DNA from: Eledone cirrhosa
Lineage: Eukaryota
Direction: 5' to 3'
Length of the DNA stretch: 64,000 nucleotides
NCBI GenBank assembly: GCA_964016885.1
Contig: OZ024750.1
Coordinates: 16,492,001-16,556,000, forward strand
Below, in pieces: positions 39,898 to 53,836 of the stretch (the stretch's first letter is position 1; each line of letters starts with the position of its first letter). A program made the translations under genes and the position numbers. The notes under the pieces are model-generated. The model worked only from the letters and a program-made list of their open reading frames with translations, had not been told where the DNA came from and did not search any database.

Positions 39898-41279
39898 TCC
39901 TGTATGTATGTATATATATATATATATATAAAACTGTTGCACGTCCACTCTTTTTTGAAAAACATAGGCAGGAGTCAGGTGTCTTTATGTGGAGGTTACA
40001 TGAGTTCAACAAATTCCAAGGAGCAGAGACCATTGTGGTAATGGTAAAAGAAACACAGAGAGGAGACAACACATCTGTGAGTCAAAGGCTAAAGTAGACA
40101 TTGTATAAATTCAGCAAGCTTCAAGGAGCAGAGACCATTGAAGTGACACTAGAAAAAGCAGAGAGAGGAGACTGCACATCTGTTGGCCAGAAGCTAAAAG
40201 ATGTCCTTTACTTTAACTATATCATTTTTGCACTTTCTTATACCTTTTTTCCCCCAAAAGATTTATTTTAAAATTATAGGCAGTGTCTTTCATTAGAAAT
40301 ATGGTAATGAAAGGGTTAACAAACCAATTGCATCATTGTCATCTCAACTGCATGGATGTTTAGTTCTTATTTTAGGCCCACCCCTTGCGGAAGATAAATT
40401 TCCACCCTGAGATATTTGAGCTGAGAAAATAGTAAAAGAAAATAAGGAAAGAAAGAAAAAAGCAGGAAAACAAATTGAAGGAATTAGATAAACTCCTACA
40501 CATATGTAAATATAGAGAGAATTATATATAACCTTATTCACTCGTGTGTATATAAACACACACATACACACACACACACTGACACATATTTTGATATAAA
40601 CACATTTACCACACCACACACATATATGTTTATAAGTATCTATATTTAAACAGATGTAAAATAATTATATATATATAAAAAAAAAATATATATATATATA
40701 CACACACATACGTTCATGCCCACACACACACAAACATCCATTTTACTTTTTATTGCTACAGATATATTATTACATAAAACTTAATTTAATTGAGTTAATG
40801 TATTTCTAAATTCATGCAGAATCAACATATATATAGAGATTATGTTTGTCTGTGTGTGAGTGTGTATATATATATATATATCATCATGATCTTCATTTTA
40901 CGTCCGCTTTTCCCTACTTGCAAGGGTTGGACGGGTCCTATTCAGCACAGCATCTCTCCACTTGTCACGGTCCTTCATCATTTCCTCGGTGAGTTTCAGT
41001 GATCTGAGGTCTGCTCTCACCACCTCCGCCCATGTATATACTCACACCTCCATTTTACAGACAACATTTACAATGTATCACATATTTTTGAATTGAGTCT
41101 TTTATATATATGTGTATATATATATATATATAGAGAGAGAGAGCCATACTCTACTATCTCAGGTATCGAGTACTCTGTTGAGTAATAGTCTAACTAGTTT
41201 TAAACTGATTTCTTCTTCTTCTTCTTTTTCTTTTTCTTTTTCTTCTTTTTCTTCTTCTTCTTGTTTTGTCCATAAAATC

Positions 41280-41600
41280 TTTAGTTTACAGACCTACATC
41301 TTACATCTGGTATAGTCTTATTTCCATCTTTACAAGCCTACATCTTACATCTAGTGTGACCAACATTTCACATCTGGTCTTGGTCTAATTCCAACTTTAC
41401 CAGCCTACATCTTACATCTGGTGTAGGCCTATTTCCAGCATTGCAAGGCCTACACTTTACATCTGCTCTGGAGCTATTAACAACTTTAGTATGGCCTACA
41501 TTTCACATCTGACCTGGGTAAAATACCATTTTTACAGATTTATATCTTATATCTGGTGTGGACTATATTAGACAACTATGCTAGGCCTATTACCAGTCTT
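41280..41600. repeat. Old degenerate minisatellite (cctacatcttacatctgg core)
   Basis: About 7 diverged copies of the core. Confidence 0.65.
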
Positions 41601-41964
41601 ACATTGGCCTGTCTATTGTCAAAACCTACAATACACTGTAACCAGAGAATTTTCCAATAAACTCTAACATAATCTCTCATTGCACCAGAAATGTCCCATA
41701 TATAGACAACAGATAATAATTTATTATAGAAGATGCTATTCAAATAAGTTTTGATCAATAAAGACAGTAGTTTCAGTACTGCATTAAAACCTCCAGATTT
41801 TCCTTGTTTTCAGCTAACAATTGTTAGAGCAACCACAAGAATTAGGTGGACTATGTGTGAATGTGTGTGTCTGTTTGCATATGTCTGTTTGCATATGTGC
41901 ATCTATGTTTGTGTGAACGTTAGCATATTCAAGTGTATGTTGTATGTCTCTGGTCGTGTATAAG

Positions 41965-42017
<53 letters not shown>

Positions 42018-42715
42018 ATGTCTAAGTATACAGGGTGTGTAAAGAAGATCATCTAATTTCAAAAGGTTATATATTTTAAACAAATGACCATTTAATCATG
42101 TGGTAACTTGTACAATACATGTCAGAATATAAAGTTTTATAAATTTTTACATGCCTTTCAGTCTGCTTCAAGAAGATGATTCTTTTTTATACACCCTGTA
42201 TATGTATATCTATGACTGCATATATGTGTTTGTGTCAGTATTTATGTATATATGCATGTCTATGACAGTGTATAAGTATCATCATCATTTAACTTCCATT
42301 TAACATTAATTTAACATCCATTTTTCCATGCTAGCATGGCTTAACTGAGTTATCCCATTGCGAGAGAAACCAGATCAGATGACCATGTCTTGCTCATACA
42401 GGACTGATTTTGACTTGGTTTCTACAGCTGGATGTCCTTCCTAACGCTAACCATATTTACAGAGTGAACTGGGTGCTTTTTATCGTGACACCTAATGACC
42501 ACTTTACAATATGTAATAACATTTAAAACTGTGGCAGCAGACACAAACAAGACTGGGCATTATATCAGCTAGAAAGAGGTGTGAAGTACCAGTCACAGTT
42601 TAAAATATTATTACACTATGGTGTCTATGGTGTTGATATAACTCGTGGATCCTGGCATATATAGATAAGTATTTTGTATTCTATACTCTATTGGAACTTT
42701 ATTTAAAGACATAAA

Positions 42716-42827
42716 TTCCTCTGATGATTGATTCACCTCTCCCATAACTTTACCAAAATCAATAGTTGGTGATTGATGATCGATTTTAGTTATGGTTTCT
42801 TGAAGCATGAAATGGTACCATAAGGAA
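42716..42827 (+). ncRNA. Type I hammerhead ribozyme with about 80-nt stem II
   Basis: uuccu-CUGAUGA(42721-42727)-[ug/ca, uuca/ugaa, ccauaacu/aguuaugg, aaaauc/gauuuu helices]-GAAA(42809-42812)-ugguacca-UA/aggaa. Stem III is the perfect palindrome AUGGUACCAU; stem I is 5 bp. Confidence 0.8.
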
Positions 42828-42971
42828 AGAAGAACCTTTTCCACCTTGAAGTAAATATTTTTCCTATATATTATGTGCTTTATATATGTACAAAATACTA
42901 TGTGTTTCTCAAATGATATATGCCTCTTGCTCTCTCTATATACATATATTTCTAAATTTGAATTATGTATG

Positions 42972-43003
<32 letters not shown>

Positions 43004-43392
43004 ATATATGTATGTATGATCCCGTAACTCCTGATAGAGTCCTAGGGACGCCGTATTGGCATATGCCATTTCTTGGACATTTTCAGCCTGGTGGATCCCA
43101 TCCCTCTCCAGGCCTGAGTACAGCAGATTTCTTCCAGAAAAAGATAGAAAGTGAGAGAGAGAGGAAATGTGAAAGCGATATAGAGGAAAAAATTGACCCC
43201 AGTACTAGACTGGTACTTTTTTTATTGGCCTCGAAAGGATGAAATGCAAAGTTGACCTCAGCGGGATTTGAACTCAGAGATCAGAGAGTCATAACAAATA
43301 CCATAAAGGATTCTATCTGACATTCTAACGACTCTGCCAATTGACTGCCAATATATATGTACACACACACACAGACACACACACACACACAG

Positions 43393-43424
<32 letters not shown>

Positions 43425-43425
43425 A

Positions 43426-43497
<72 letters not shown>

Positions 43498-43669
43498 GAG
43501 AGCCAACAGACGAGAGTTAAATGACTTGTTCACTGTAATTTACTACAAGAACAAATGAGGAGAGAAAGATGATAATAAAGAAGGAAAAGTTAACATTGAT
43601 TTAAGATACAAAAGGAGCATAGAATTGTTGTTGTTATTGTTGTTGTACTTAGCTGCTACTGCTGCAAGA

Positions 43670-43714
<45 letters not shown>

Positions 43715-44037
43715 TTCTTTCACTCTCTCGCTCTCTCTCTCTCTCTTTCATCTTCTCGTTCTCTTTCTTTCACTTTCTCTCTCTCTTTCTCTCACTCTTT
43801 ATTTCTCTCTATCTCTTTTTTTCTCCCTATGTCTGTCTCTGTTTCTCTCTGTCTGTCTGTCTCTCTCTCTCTCTCCTGTTACTATTGTTGTACTTAGCTG
43901 CTGCTGCAGCCCCCCCCCCCCACACACACACACTCACTCCTGTTGCTGTTGTAGTTCTTGCAGTATTAACTTGCTACTACTACTACTACTACTACTACAG
44001 CAGGCTTCCCTCCCTACCTCCCTACCCCTGTCTTTTA

Positions 44038-44072
<35 letters not shown>

Positions 44073-44335
44073 TTGTTGATGTAGTACTTAGCTGTTACTA
44101 CTACTGCTACTACAGGCTCCCTCATTTGCTCTATTTTTAGGCCATAACAAACTAAATATACTTTCCAACCAGTGTGGACTGTGTATTTTCTGCTCCCCAC
44201 CCTCTCTCACTCTCTGTTTCTTCTACAACATTATTCAAAGTCAATCTACCCTCCTTCCCTCACTTTTATCCTTCTAGTCCACCCCTCCTTGTCTTATCTT
44301 TTTCTTTCTTTTATTTATTGTTTGTTATTTTTCAT

Positions 44336-44370
<35 letters not shown>

Positions 44371-44392
44371 TTTGTTTGATTTTATTATTATT

Positions 44393-45412
44393 AGTATCGG
44401 TAGAGCATCAGACAACATGCTTTGCAGCATCTAGTTACAACCCTTTATATTCCGAGTTCAAATCCCACCAAAGTTAGCTTTGCCTTTTATCCTTAAGGTG
44501 TCAATAAAATAAAGTACCAGTAACGCACTGGAGGTCGATTAAATCGACTTCCCCCTCCCCCAAATTACTGGCCTTGTACCTATACTAGAAACCATTATTA
44601 TTAGTATCGGTGGATTGGCAGAATCGGTAGAGGGTCGCACGCCATGCTTTCCAGCATAGAGTTACGTCCCTTTACGATCTGAGTTCAAATCCCGCCGAGG
44701 TTAACTTTGCCTTTCATCCTTACGGGGGTCGATAAAATAAAGTACCAGTAATACACTGGGATAATTGCTGGCCTTGTGCCAAAAGTAGAAACAATTATTA
44801 TTAGTATCGGTAGAGCATCAGACATCATGCTTTGCAGCATTTAGTTACAGCCCTTTATCTTCTGAGTTCAAATCCTGCTGAGGTTAGCTTTGCCTTTTAT
44901 CCTTAAAATGTCAATAAAATAAAGTACCAGTAATGCACTGGAGTCGATTTAATTGACTTTCCCCTCCCCTAAAATTGCTGGCCTTGTGCCTAAATCAGAA
45001 ACCATTATCATTAGTATGAGTAGAGCATCAGATATCATTCTTTGTAGCATACAGTTGCGGCCCTTTATGTTCTGAGTTCAAATTCTGCCGAGGTTAACTT
45101 TGCTGTTCATCCTTACGGGGTCGATAAACTAAAGTACCAGTAATGCACTGGGGTCGATTTAATCAACTTCCCTCTCCCCTTCAAATTCCTGGCCTAAAAA
45201 GTAGAATCAATTATTATTATTATTATTTTGGCAGTATCGGTAGAGGGTCGGACGCCATGCTTTGACGCATAGAGTTACGGCCCTTGCCATTCTGAGTTCA
45301 AATCCCGCCGAGTTTAACTTTGCCTTTCATCCTTACGGGGTCGATAAAATAAAGTACCAGTAATGTACTGGGTAATTGCTGGCCTTGTGCCAAAAGTAGA
45401 AACAATTATTAT
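44393..45412 (+). mobile_element. Head-to-tail cluster of about 5 copies of the ~190-bp tRNA-like SINE (ctgagttcaaatcccgccgagg...ggtcgataaaataaagtaccag...ggccttgtgcc)
   Basis: Repeated units separated by (att)n. Other copies at ~4100, 8196, 9116, 9476, 12190-12650, 13622, 25538, 34025, 36160, 38562-39130, 45827, 48510, 53925-54243. Confidence 0.85.
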
Positions 45413-46324
45413 TATTTTCTTCTTTATTAAAACAAATCTCTTCTCTTTCCTTCTTTTTTACATTTATCTATTCTTTCTTCTTTCTTCATCTTCTCTGTCT
45501 CTGTGTATCATCATCAGTATTTTATATATGTTTTCATTGCTGGTATAGTTTAGCTCTGTATGAAATTAAACAGTTAAACGGGTCAGATGACCACATCCTG
45601 CTCATATATTTGATATTTCATCATGATTTCTATGACTGGCTGTACTTCCTAACACCAACCACTTTACATAGTGTACTGGATGTATTTATCTTGGCACCAG
45701 CACCACCCTTAACCCTTATCTTATCATTTTTCTAACAAAAGGCTTTGCTTATGATTTTCAAATAATTTTGCAAATAACCAAGAATTTTGGGGGAATTTAA
45801 TAAAATAAGAAACTTTTCATTATTAAATCGGTAGAAGGTCGGACGCCATGCTTTGCAGCATAGACTTACGCCCCTTTATGGTCTGAGTTCAAATCCCGCC
45901 GAGGTTCACTTTGCTTTTCATCCTTACGGGATCAATAAAATAAAGTACCAGTAATGTACTGGGATAATTGCTGGCCTTGTGCCAAAAGTAGAAACAATTA
46001 TTAACCTAACAAAGACTGTTTCATAAAATTTTGATGGGAGGGTTTTGAATAAATAAAAACACTTTAACCCTTTTGTTAATATATCTCTAATGAAAGATAC
46101 TACCTATGATTTTCAAATAATTTTGAAAATAATTGAGAATTTGGAAAGATTTAGTAATATAAGTATCTTTCTCATTGCTTAGCTGATGTTTGGAGCACAA
46201 CTTATGAAAGGTTCTTGCATAAAATTATGTTGGAAAGTTTGTTGCTAGCAGGAGACATGAATGTTAAATAGTGATAAATACTTTTCCCCATTTATTACAT
46301 TATCTTAAATGAAAGACACTTCCT

Positions 46325-46900
46325 ACGAAACGGGTGGAGAAGTTCAAGTATCTCATGATCGTGTTCATGAGTGATGGAAGGCAGGAGGCTGAATTAAGTG
46401 CAAGAATTGCAGGAGCTGGTGCAGTAATGTGCCAGCTTCAGTATTTGGTAATCAGAAGAAGGTCAGTAGCTGCAAAAGCCAAACTTGCAATCTTCAATTC
46501 AGTATAAATGCCAATTCTTACCTATGGTCACGAATCTTAGATAATGACGGAAAGAATACAATGACAGATACAAATGGCTGAAATGGGGTTTATTCAGAGG
46601 GTCTTTGGAGTAACATTGCTTGATAGAGTACATAGCTTGGAAATCAGAGAGTTTCTCAAAGTAGAGCCGCTACTTCTCCAAATTGAGAAATCACAGCCCT
46701 GATATTATGGATATGTGGTTAGAATGTCTCAGGAAAAAATCGCTGGACAAGAGACCCAGAGGTAGACTCCGAGCAATATGGTTCGATAATATCCATGGGC
46801 TCATATGGTCTTGCTTGGGGATCCAGCCAAATCAATTGAAAATGGTTGCTTCTGACAGCATCTTCTGAAAGGAGTGTTTGAGGACTCTGTCCCCAAGACC
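46325..46900 (+). mobile_element. Degenerate RTE-clade LINE, RT C-terminal fragment
   Basis: Translates VEKFKYL...AKLAIFNSV*MPILTYGHES*IMTERI...EMGFIQRVFGVTLLDRV...RPRGR with stop codons. Confidence 0.85.
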
Positions 46901-47980
46901 CTCTCATGTCCCCAAGACCCTCTCAGAAATAAGTGAGCAAAGAAGAAAAAGAGACACTGCTTATGATTGAAAATATTCAAGAACTTTATTAAGCTGGTGT
47001 TTAGAACATAATTTAACATAAGGATTTTATATAAAATTATAAACATTTTGTTACGATATTTTAAATGAAAAACAATGCTTATCCTTTTTAAATCAGTTTT
47101 ATACCAGTTTAATATCATGTGTTAAGATGTTTTTGTGAGAAGCCATTTGTGACATTTTTTTTTTTTGTTTCTGGGTTACTACAACAGGTCTGTGGCATAG
47201 GAACACCAATTTGTTTATTAATGACGTAAAAATACTCACACACACATACGCACATATATACGCATGCAACCAAGTACATACACACATATATATATATATA
47301 TATGTATATGTATATGTATATATATACACATATACGTAATATGATCGTTGTTCACATCATTTCAGTTATTGAGAGAATGTGGGGAGGTGATGGTGGGAGC
47401 GGTGGTGGTTTTGGCGGTGTTAGTGCTAGAGATGATGATGATGATGGTAGTGATGCTGGCGGAGTGTGGGGTGGGGTGGGGAGGGGGAGGGGGAATCTAG
47501 GTCTTCATTGGGGTGTGTAAAAAAACCACAGCTAAGATTGGTTATATAGTAAATATCTAAAAACTGGATCCTAATCATCTATGGTGGTAGGGGACGCGAA
47601 CTGTAGGAGGGGGGGGTTAGGTAAAAGTGGAGGAGAGAGAGGAAGGTGGCGGGGGGGGGGAGCTGGTGGGTGAAGGGAAGTGGAGGGAGATTAAGAAATG
47701 TAGAAGAGGAGGAGGAAGATAAGGAGAAGAGGGAGGAGGTGGAGGTCACCTCAGTAAAGAAAGTCGCCACCCATCCCACATCCACTGATGTTTCTCTTTT
47801 TTCAAGGATATTGTGTGGACAGGAATGAGGGAATGTGATGAAATATAGAGAAGGGAGAAAGGATAATCTAAAAGAAAGAAATCAAAGAGGGAAATTATGA
47901 AAATATGTAGTGTGGGGTGGGGTCGATATGCATATACAAGCATACACACATATTTATATATATATATATATATATATATA

Positions 47981-48480
47981 CTAGCAGTGGTACCCGGCAT
48001 TGCACGGAATAAGGTATTGTGAATTAAAATATATAACCACCTTAGCTAAGCTTAGTATTGCCACAACCACGGCTGGCAAAGAAGTAAGGGTCTGGTGGTA
48101 CGTAAGTAAGCAACACTGTGGCTTAAAACGTGAGGAAGAAGTTGTGTGCACTTACCAACTGTTTAGGGAATGAGTGTGAGATTTGTCTTGAGCAAGGGTG
48201 GCAGAATAACCGGAGGCAGCAGACAGCCAGACACACAGACAGATATTATAAGGGCGCGATATGTATGTATCTATCTAAAAAGAGAAAAACTAACAATTAT
48301 AGAGAGAGATCGCTAAATCGCCTAATGCAGTCCCTAGGGCATTGAAAATTTGAAATTTTATTTGCTCAGAACACTCCCTGAAACAAAAGTATTACATGTG
48401 TAAAGTTTGAAAACAGACAGTTGGGTGCTTCTCTAGTTTTAGGGATTCAAACTCACACACACACAGACAGACATCCTCAG

Positions 48481-48490
<10 letters not shown>
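47981..48490 (-). mobile_element. Non-autonomous Helitron-like element
   Basis: Minus-strand 3' end has the hairpin ccgtgcaatgccgg followed by CTAG in a TA context; the other end has (CA)n/(CAGA)n then (TA)n. Confidence 0.55.
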
Positions 48491-48514
<24 letters not shown>

Positions 48515-48793
48515 GTTTCTACTTTAGGCACAAGGCCAGCAATTACCCAGTATATTACTGCTACTTTATTTTATCGACCCCGTAAGGATGAAAGGCAAAG
48601 TTAACCTCGGCGGGATTTGAACTCAGAATGGCAAGGGCCATAACTCTATACATCAAAGCATGGCATCCGACCCTTTACCGATACTGCCAATATATAATAT
48701 AATTGAATATACAAGAGAGATGAACACTAATATAAACATATATATATATACATATACATATATATATATATACATATACATATACATATATAA

Positions 48794-48848
<55 letters not shown>

Positions 48849-48989
48849 AATATATATATATACATATACATATATGCAAAAGTTTTATTTAAAATTGTTG
48901 GGTTACAACAAGTAAATATTTTATAACTGATATAAAGCACTCAACAAGTTTATATCGTACATATACATATATATTTATATATATACATA

Positions 48990-49193
48990 TATTTATTAAA
49001 ATAACAGATTAAAGTGTAAGCAAAGAATCGCTGCTTTCACCCTTAACGGGATCTTCTGAAACTATTAAGGGTGAAAGCAGCGATTCTTTGCTTACACTTT
49101 AATCTGTTATTTTAATAAATATTTGCTGTAAGGTTATATATTTATCCTTATCGAGCCCTCTTTGGATTTTAGTCTTCAAATTTATTATTATTA

Positions 49194-49195
<2 letters not shown>
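48990..49195 (+). mobile_element. Fold-back element in (TA)n, with a related deleted copy at 50577-50685 (minus)
   Basis: Perfect ~56-bp arms around the loop cgggatcttctgaaacta; tail contains tcgagccct. Confidence 0.55.
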
Positions 49196-49244
<49 letters not shown>

Positions 49245-49961
49245 CATATAAATAATTATAAATATATATATATGGGTAGGAACGATATGCATATACATAC
49301 ATACATGTATGTGTTTTAGTATATTCAGCTGGTACCTCTTGGGGGTGCTAGTCACTCTTAGTATATATATATGTGTGTGTGTATATAGATATGTGTCTGT
49401 ATGTGTGTGCGTGCGAGTGTTAGTGTATTCAGTTGGTAGCTCCTGGAGGTGCTAGTTAAATTCAATATATATATCATCATCATCATCATCATCATCAACG
49501 TTTAACGTCCGTGTTCCACGCTTGCATGGGTTTGGACGGGGGTAGTCCCACTTGAGGCAAGAGTGATTGTCTTGCTCGCATAGGACTGTCTGGCGGGTTT
49601 CCTACAGCTGGATGCCCTTCCTAACACCAACCACATTTACAGTGTGGGTCTGGGAGGTTTTTACCGTGTTGCCTACACGGCCACATTACAGCGTGGACTG
49701 TGTGTTTTTTTGTCGTGACACCTACACGATCTCATTTGTTTCGGCCTGGATGGCGCGGCACCAACATAACTTTACATAGAACGGGGTGGTGTGGATGGGG
49801 TGGGGGTGGTATATATATATATATTAGAAAGTGAGGTTTTTTTTACAAAATGAAAAATAACCGAGGTGTCCTACACGAGTGAAAGTATAAAGAAAAAAAG
49901 ATGAAATCGAAAATGCAACTGGAGTCTTATTTTAAAAAAAATATATATATTTATTTGGTTC

Positions 49962-49997
49962 CTTTACTGGTTTCGCAGTTCTTCTGCTTTTCAAAAG
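49962..49997 (-). ncRNA. Inverted second copy of the U3-A8 hammerhead
   Basis: Reverse complement of 50074-50109 with one change (ACCAGU in stem III). Confidence 0.6.
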
Positions 49998-50073
49998 TAG
50001 AGTTGAGATGGAGGGTCTGTGGTTTTTCTCACATCTCAAGAGAAAAAACCACAGACCCTCCATCTCAACTCTA

Positions 50074-50109
50074 CTTTTGAAAAGCAGAAGAACTGCGAAA
50101 CCGGTAAAG
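50074..50109 (+). ncRNA. Minimal hammerhead ribozyme, U3-A8 core variant
   Basis: cuu-UUGAAAA-gcag(aagaa)cugc-GAAA-ccgg-UA/aag, with palindromic ACCGGU stem III and downstream AAUAAA. Confidence 0.65.
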
Positions 50110-50178
50110 GAACCAAATAAATATATATAATTTTTTAAAAATAAGACTCCAGTTGTATTTTCGATTTCATCTTTTTTT

Positions 50179-50225
<47 letters not shown>

Positions 50226-51292
50226 TTCATTCATCATTTCATTTTACATCCGCTTTTCCCTGCTTGCAAGGGTGGGACGGGAACTGATTCTGGCTTGATT
50301 TCTACAGCTGGATGCCCTTCCTAACACCAACCTCATTTACAGTGAGTGCTGGGTGCTTTTTTGCCGTGGCACCTACACGACCACTTTGCAGTGGAATGAT
50401 AGGGACCCCAGTCCCTATCATCTCATTTCTACAGCTGAGTAAACTGGAGCAATGTGAAATAAAGTGTCTTGCTTAAGGAAACAACACATCATCCGGTCTG
50501 AGAATTGAACTCACAACCTTTTGATTGCAAGGCCAATGCTCTAAGCCATGTGCCTCCATGTATATATGTATATATAGTAATAATTAATGTGAAGACTAAA
50601 ATCCGAAGAGGGCTCGATAAGATTGTTTCAGAAAATCCCATTAAGGGTGGAAGCATTGATTCTTGACTTAAACTTTAATCTGTTTTCACAACAATTTGGA
50701 GAGGATGGAAAGTTGATTATATCGATCCCAGTATTTTATTTTTATCGATCTCAGAAGGATGAAATGTAAAGTTGACCTTGGTGGGATTTGAACTCAGAAT
50801 GTAAAGATCCTGAATAAATACTGTTAAGCATTTGTCCAATGTTCTAATAACTCTGCCAACTACAAACCTAATATTATGACCTGCCAACCTCTAAAAACCC
50901 AAATGGAGAGTACTATGAAAAAAAGGGCCCCAAATGGGGAAAAAATATGCAAAATGGGGAGATTTTACATAATGAAAGCTATACCTATTTTCACAAGAGA
51001 AGGCATCGCTCATCCACCCCAAAGTGGGTGGGAGATCTCCCCATTGGACAAGGAGAGTTGACAAGTCTGCATGTAATGATAGTGTTTCTATGCGTTTGTG
51101 TATTTCTGTGTATATATTTATATATGTGAGTATATGTGTCTTGATACAACCAATTAATTTGACATTGTGCACATATGAACACATATACCATATACGTGTG
51201 TACACTCCTGTGTGTATCTGTGTAAGTGGATGTACATATGTGAGATTTTCTCTTTATGTATATGTGTACATATGTGCATGTGTTTTTGTGTA

Positions 51293-51357
<65 letters not shown>

Positions 51358-51362
51358 ATATA

Positions 51363-51422
<60 letters not shown>

Positions 51423-52352
51423 TACAGATGTGTGTAAATATTACATATATATATATATAATATTTATACACATCTGTTGACAGAAATATGAACCAATTAG
51501 TTTACTAAAAGTGTTTCAGTCTTGAGCATAACATTGGTATTTTGTTGTTGTTATTGTTGCTCTTTCTCTCTCTTGCTCCCTCCCTATCTCTCTCTCTCTG
51601 CCCCCCCCCCCCCCCTCGCTATCTCTGCCTCCCTCCCTACCTCTTTCTCTCTCTGTTTGCCTCCCTCCCTATCTCTTTCTCTCCCTCTCATACTTACAGA
51701 CATATATCTCTGTGTGTGTTTGGTTGTATTTATATCTATCTATCTACCTATCTATCTATCTAATTGTTTTCCTTGCTTTCTCTGTCATTATACCTTTCTT
51801 TCTCACTCACACTCTCTCTTTCTTTCTCTATACCTGTCTTTCTCATGCATACACACTCTCTCACTCACTCTCTCTCTCTTTAATACATTTTCTGGGTGTC
51901 AATATATTGCTTTCAAATGGAATAAGCACCCATACCCCACCTTCATAAATACACACACACACATACACTTCCCCTTTTACACTCTCCCTCTCTCACACAT
52001 GCACACACACACTCACACACTTTCTCTCTGATACACACACAGTAGATACATATAAGACACAACACACACACACACACACACACTCTCTCCCCCATAAACA
52101 CACAGTAGATTTATATATGACACAGCACACACACAATACATGCATATAATTATTTCTACTTTTGGCACAAAGCCAGCAATTACCGCGGTGCATTACTGGT
52201 ACTTTATTTTATTTGACCCTGGTCGATAAAATAAAGTACCAGTAATGCACTGGTATTTTTTTACACAAACACAATCATACATCCCTCTCTGTCTGTTTCC
52301 TTGTCGATTTGGTTTGGATTGCCTCAAGAACGTAACCTTATTATGTAATGAA

Positions 52353-52427
52353 GCTGTCTGATGAGATCATGACACTGCTTTCATGGAATCATGTGCCCAC
52401 TGTTGTCATTGAAATATGTATCACAGC
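52353..52427 (+). ncRNA. Type I hammerhead ribozyme
   Basis: gcugu-CUGAUGA-gaucaugaca...ugucauu-GAAA-uaugua-UC/acagc. Stem I is 5 bp; AAUAAA at 52434. Confidence 0.75.
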
Positions 52428-52470
52428 CTTATCAATAAAGGACTTTAACATCTACAACTACTTGACATTT

Positions 52471-52534
<64 letters not shown>

Positions 52535-52726
52535 TATATATATATAATGTTATTATATGAGATATATATATATAATGTTATATATATATAATGTTATTAA
52601 ACACTCTTTGATTGTTATTTATAAAATATTCCGGCTCTGTCTTATATTTGTTATTTTACATTGAGCTACTCTCATACTTGTAATTGGATAATATTAAATT
52701 TTAATATTACCCACATTTTTTTTATA

Positions 52727-52754
<28 letters not shown>

Positions 52755-52757
<3 letters not shown>

Positions 52758-52927
52758 TAATACAATTATATATATATATGTATTAATACAATTATATATA
52801 TATATATATATTAATACAATTATATATATATATATATTAATACAATTATATATATATATATATATTAATACAATTATATATATATATATATATATATTAA
52901 TACAATTATATATATATATATTAATAC

Positions 52928-52964
<37 letters not shown>

Positions 52965-53015
52965 TACAATTATATATATATATATTAATACAATTATATA
53001 TATATATATTAATAC

Positions 53016-53052
<37 letters not shown>

Positions 53053-53331
53053 TACAATTATATATATATATATTAATACAATTATATATATATATATATT
53101 AATACAATTATATATATATATATATATTAATACAATTATATATATATATATATTAATACAATTATATATATATATATTAATACAATTATATATATATATA
53201 TAAATACAATTATATATATATATATATAAATACAATTATATATATATATATATACAATTATATATATATATATATACAATTATATATATATATATATATA
53301 TACAATTATATATATATATATATATATATAC

Positions 53332-53395
<64 letters not shown>

Positions 53396-53425
53396 ATATA
53401 TTAATACAATTATATATATATATAT
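52755..53425. repeat. Compound (TA)n-taatacaat array; analogous (TA)n-gaag/caag array at 61170-61660
   Basis: Seen directly. Confidence 0.9.
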
Positions 53426-53554
53426 TCATTCAAATTAAATCTGCATTCCTCACTACACAGACACACTTACACTTACGCACACACGTACGTATATCATACA
53501 CATATTCACACACGTTTTTCCCTACGCATATACACAAAACATTCAGTTTTAACT

Positions 53555-53790
53555 TGTAGCGACTGGCATGGACATGTGATGTGTATGGATGAAGAATTGT
53601 CATGAAATCTCAGAGGAAGGAAAACGCAGCAGAGAAGGACCAAGAAAGATCTGGGCAGAGTTGAGGAGAGCTGATCTCACATCGCTGAAGTTCACAAAGG
53701 GGTGCCACGAATAGAGGGACGGTGGGTTGGGAAGGACCTGCCTGACCCATGGAAGACTGGAAAGTCATTTGTAAAATGACGATGATGAGG
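53555..53790 (+). mobile_element. RTE LINE 3' end remnant
   Basis: WHGHVMCMDE and RRRPRKIW-like motifs followed by the acccatg...gtaaaatgacgatgatg tail. Confidence 0.55.
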
Positions 53791-53805
53791 ATCCATGTGT
53801 GCATC

Positions 53806-53836
<31 letters not shown>

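Larger units (their letters stand above)
49825..50185 (-). mobile_element. Fold-back Penelope-like remnant with 145-bp arms, each carrying a hammerhead
   Basis: Arms 49886-50030 and 50040-50185, near-identical; 60-nt tail at 49825-49885; (TA)n on both sides. Confidence 0.7.

Noticed and set aside
49038-49072. Possible hammerhead in the hairpin loop (cttaacgg...gaaactattaagggtg)
   Set aside because: No recognisable CUGANGA core in this copy or in the related 50577 copy; kept only as a fold-back element.
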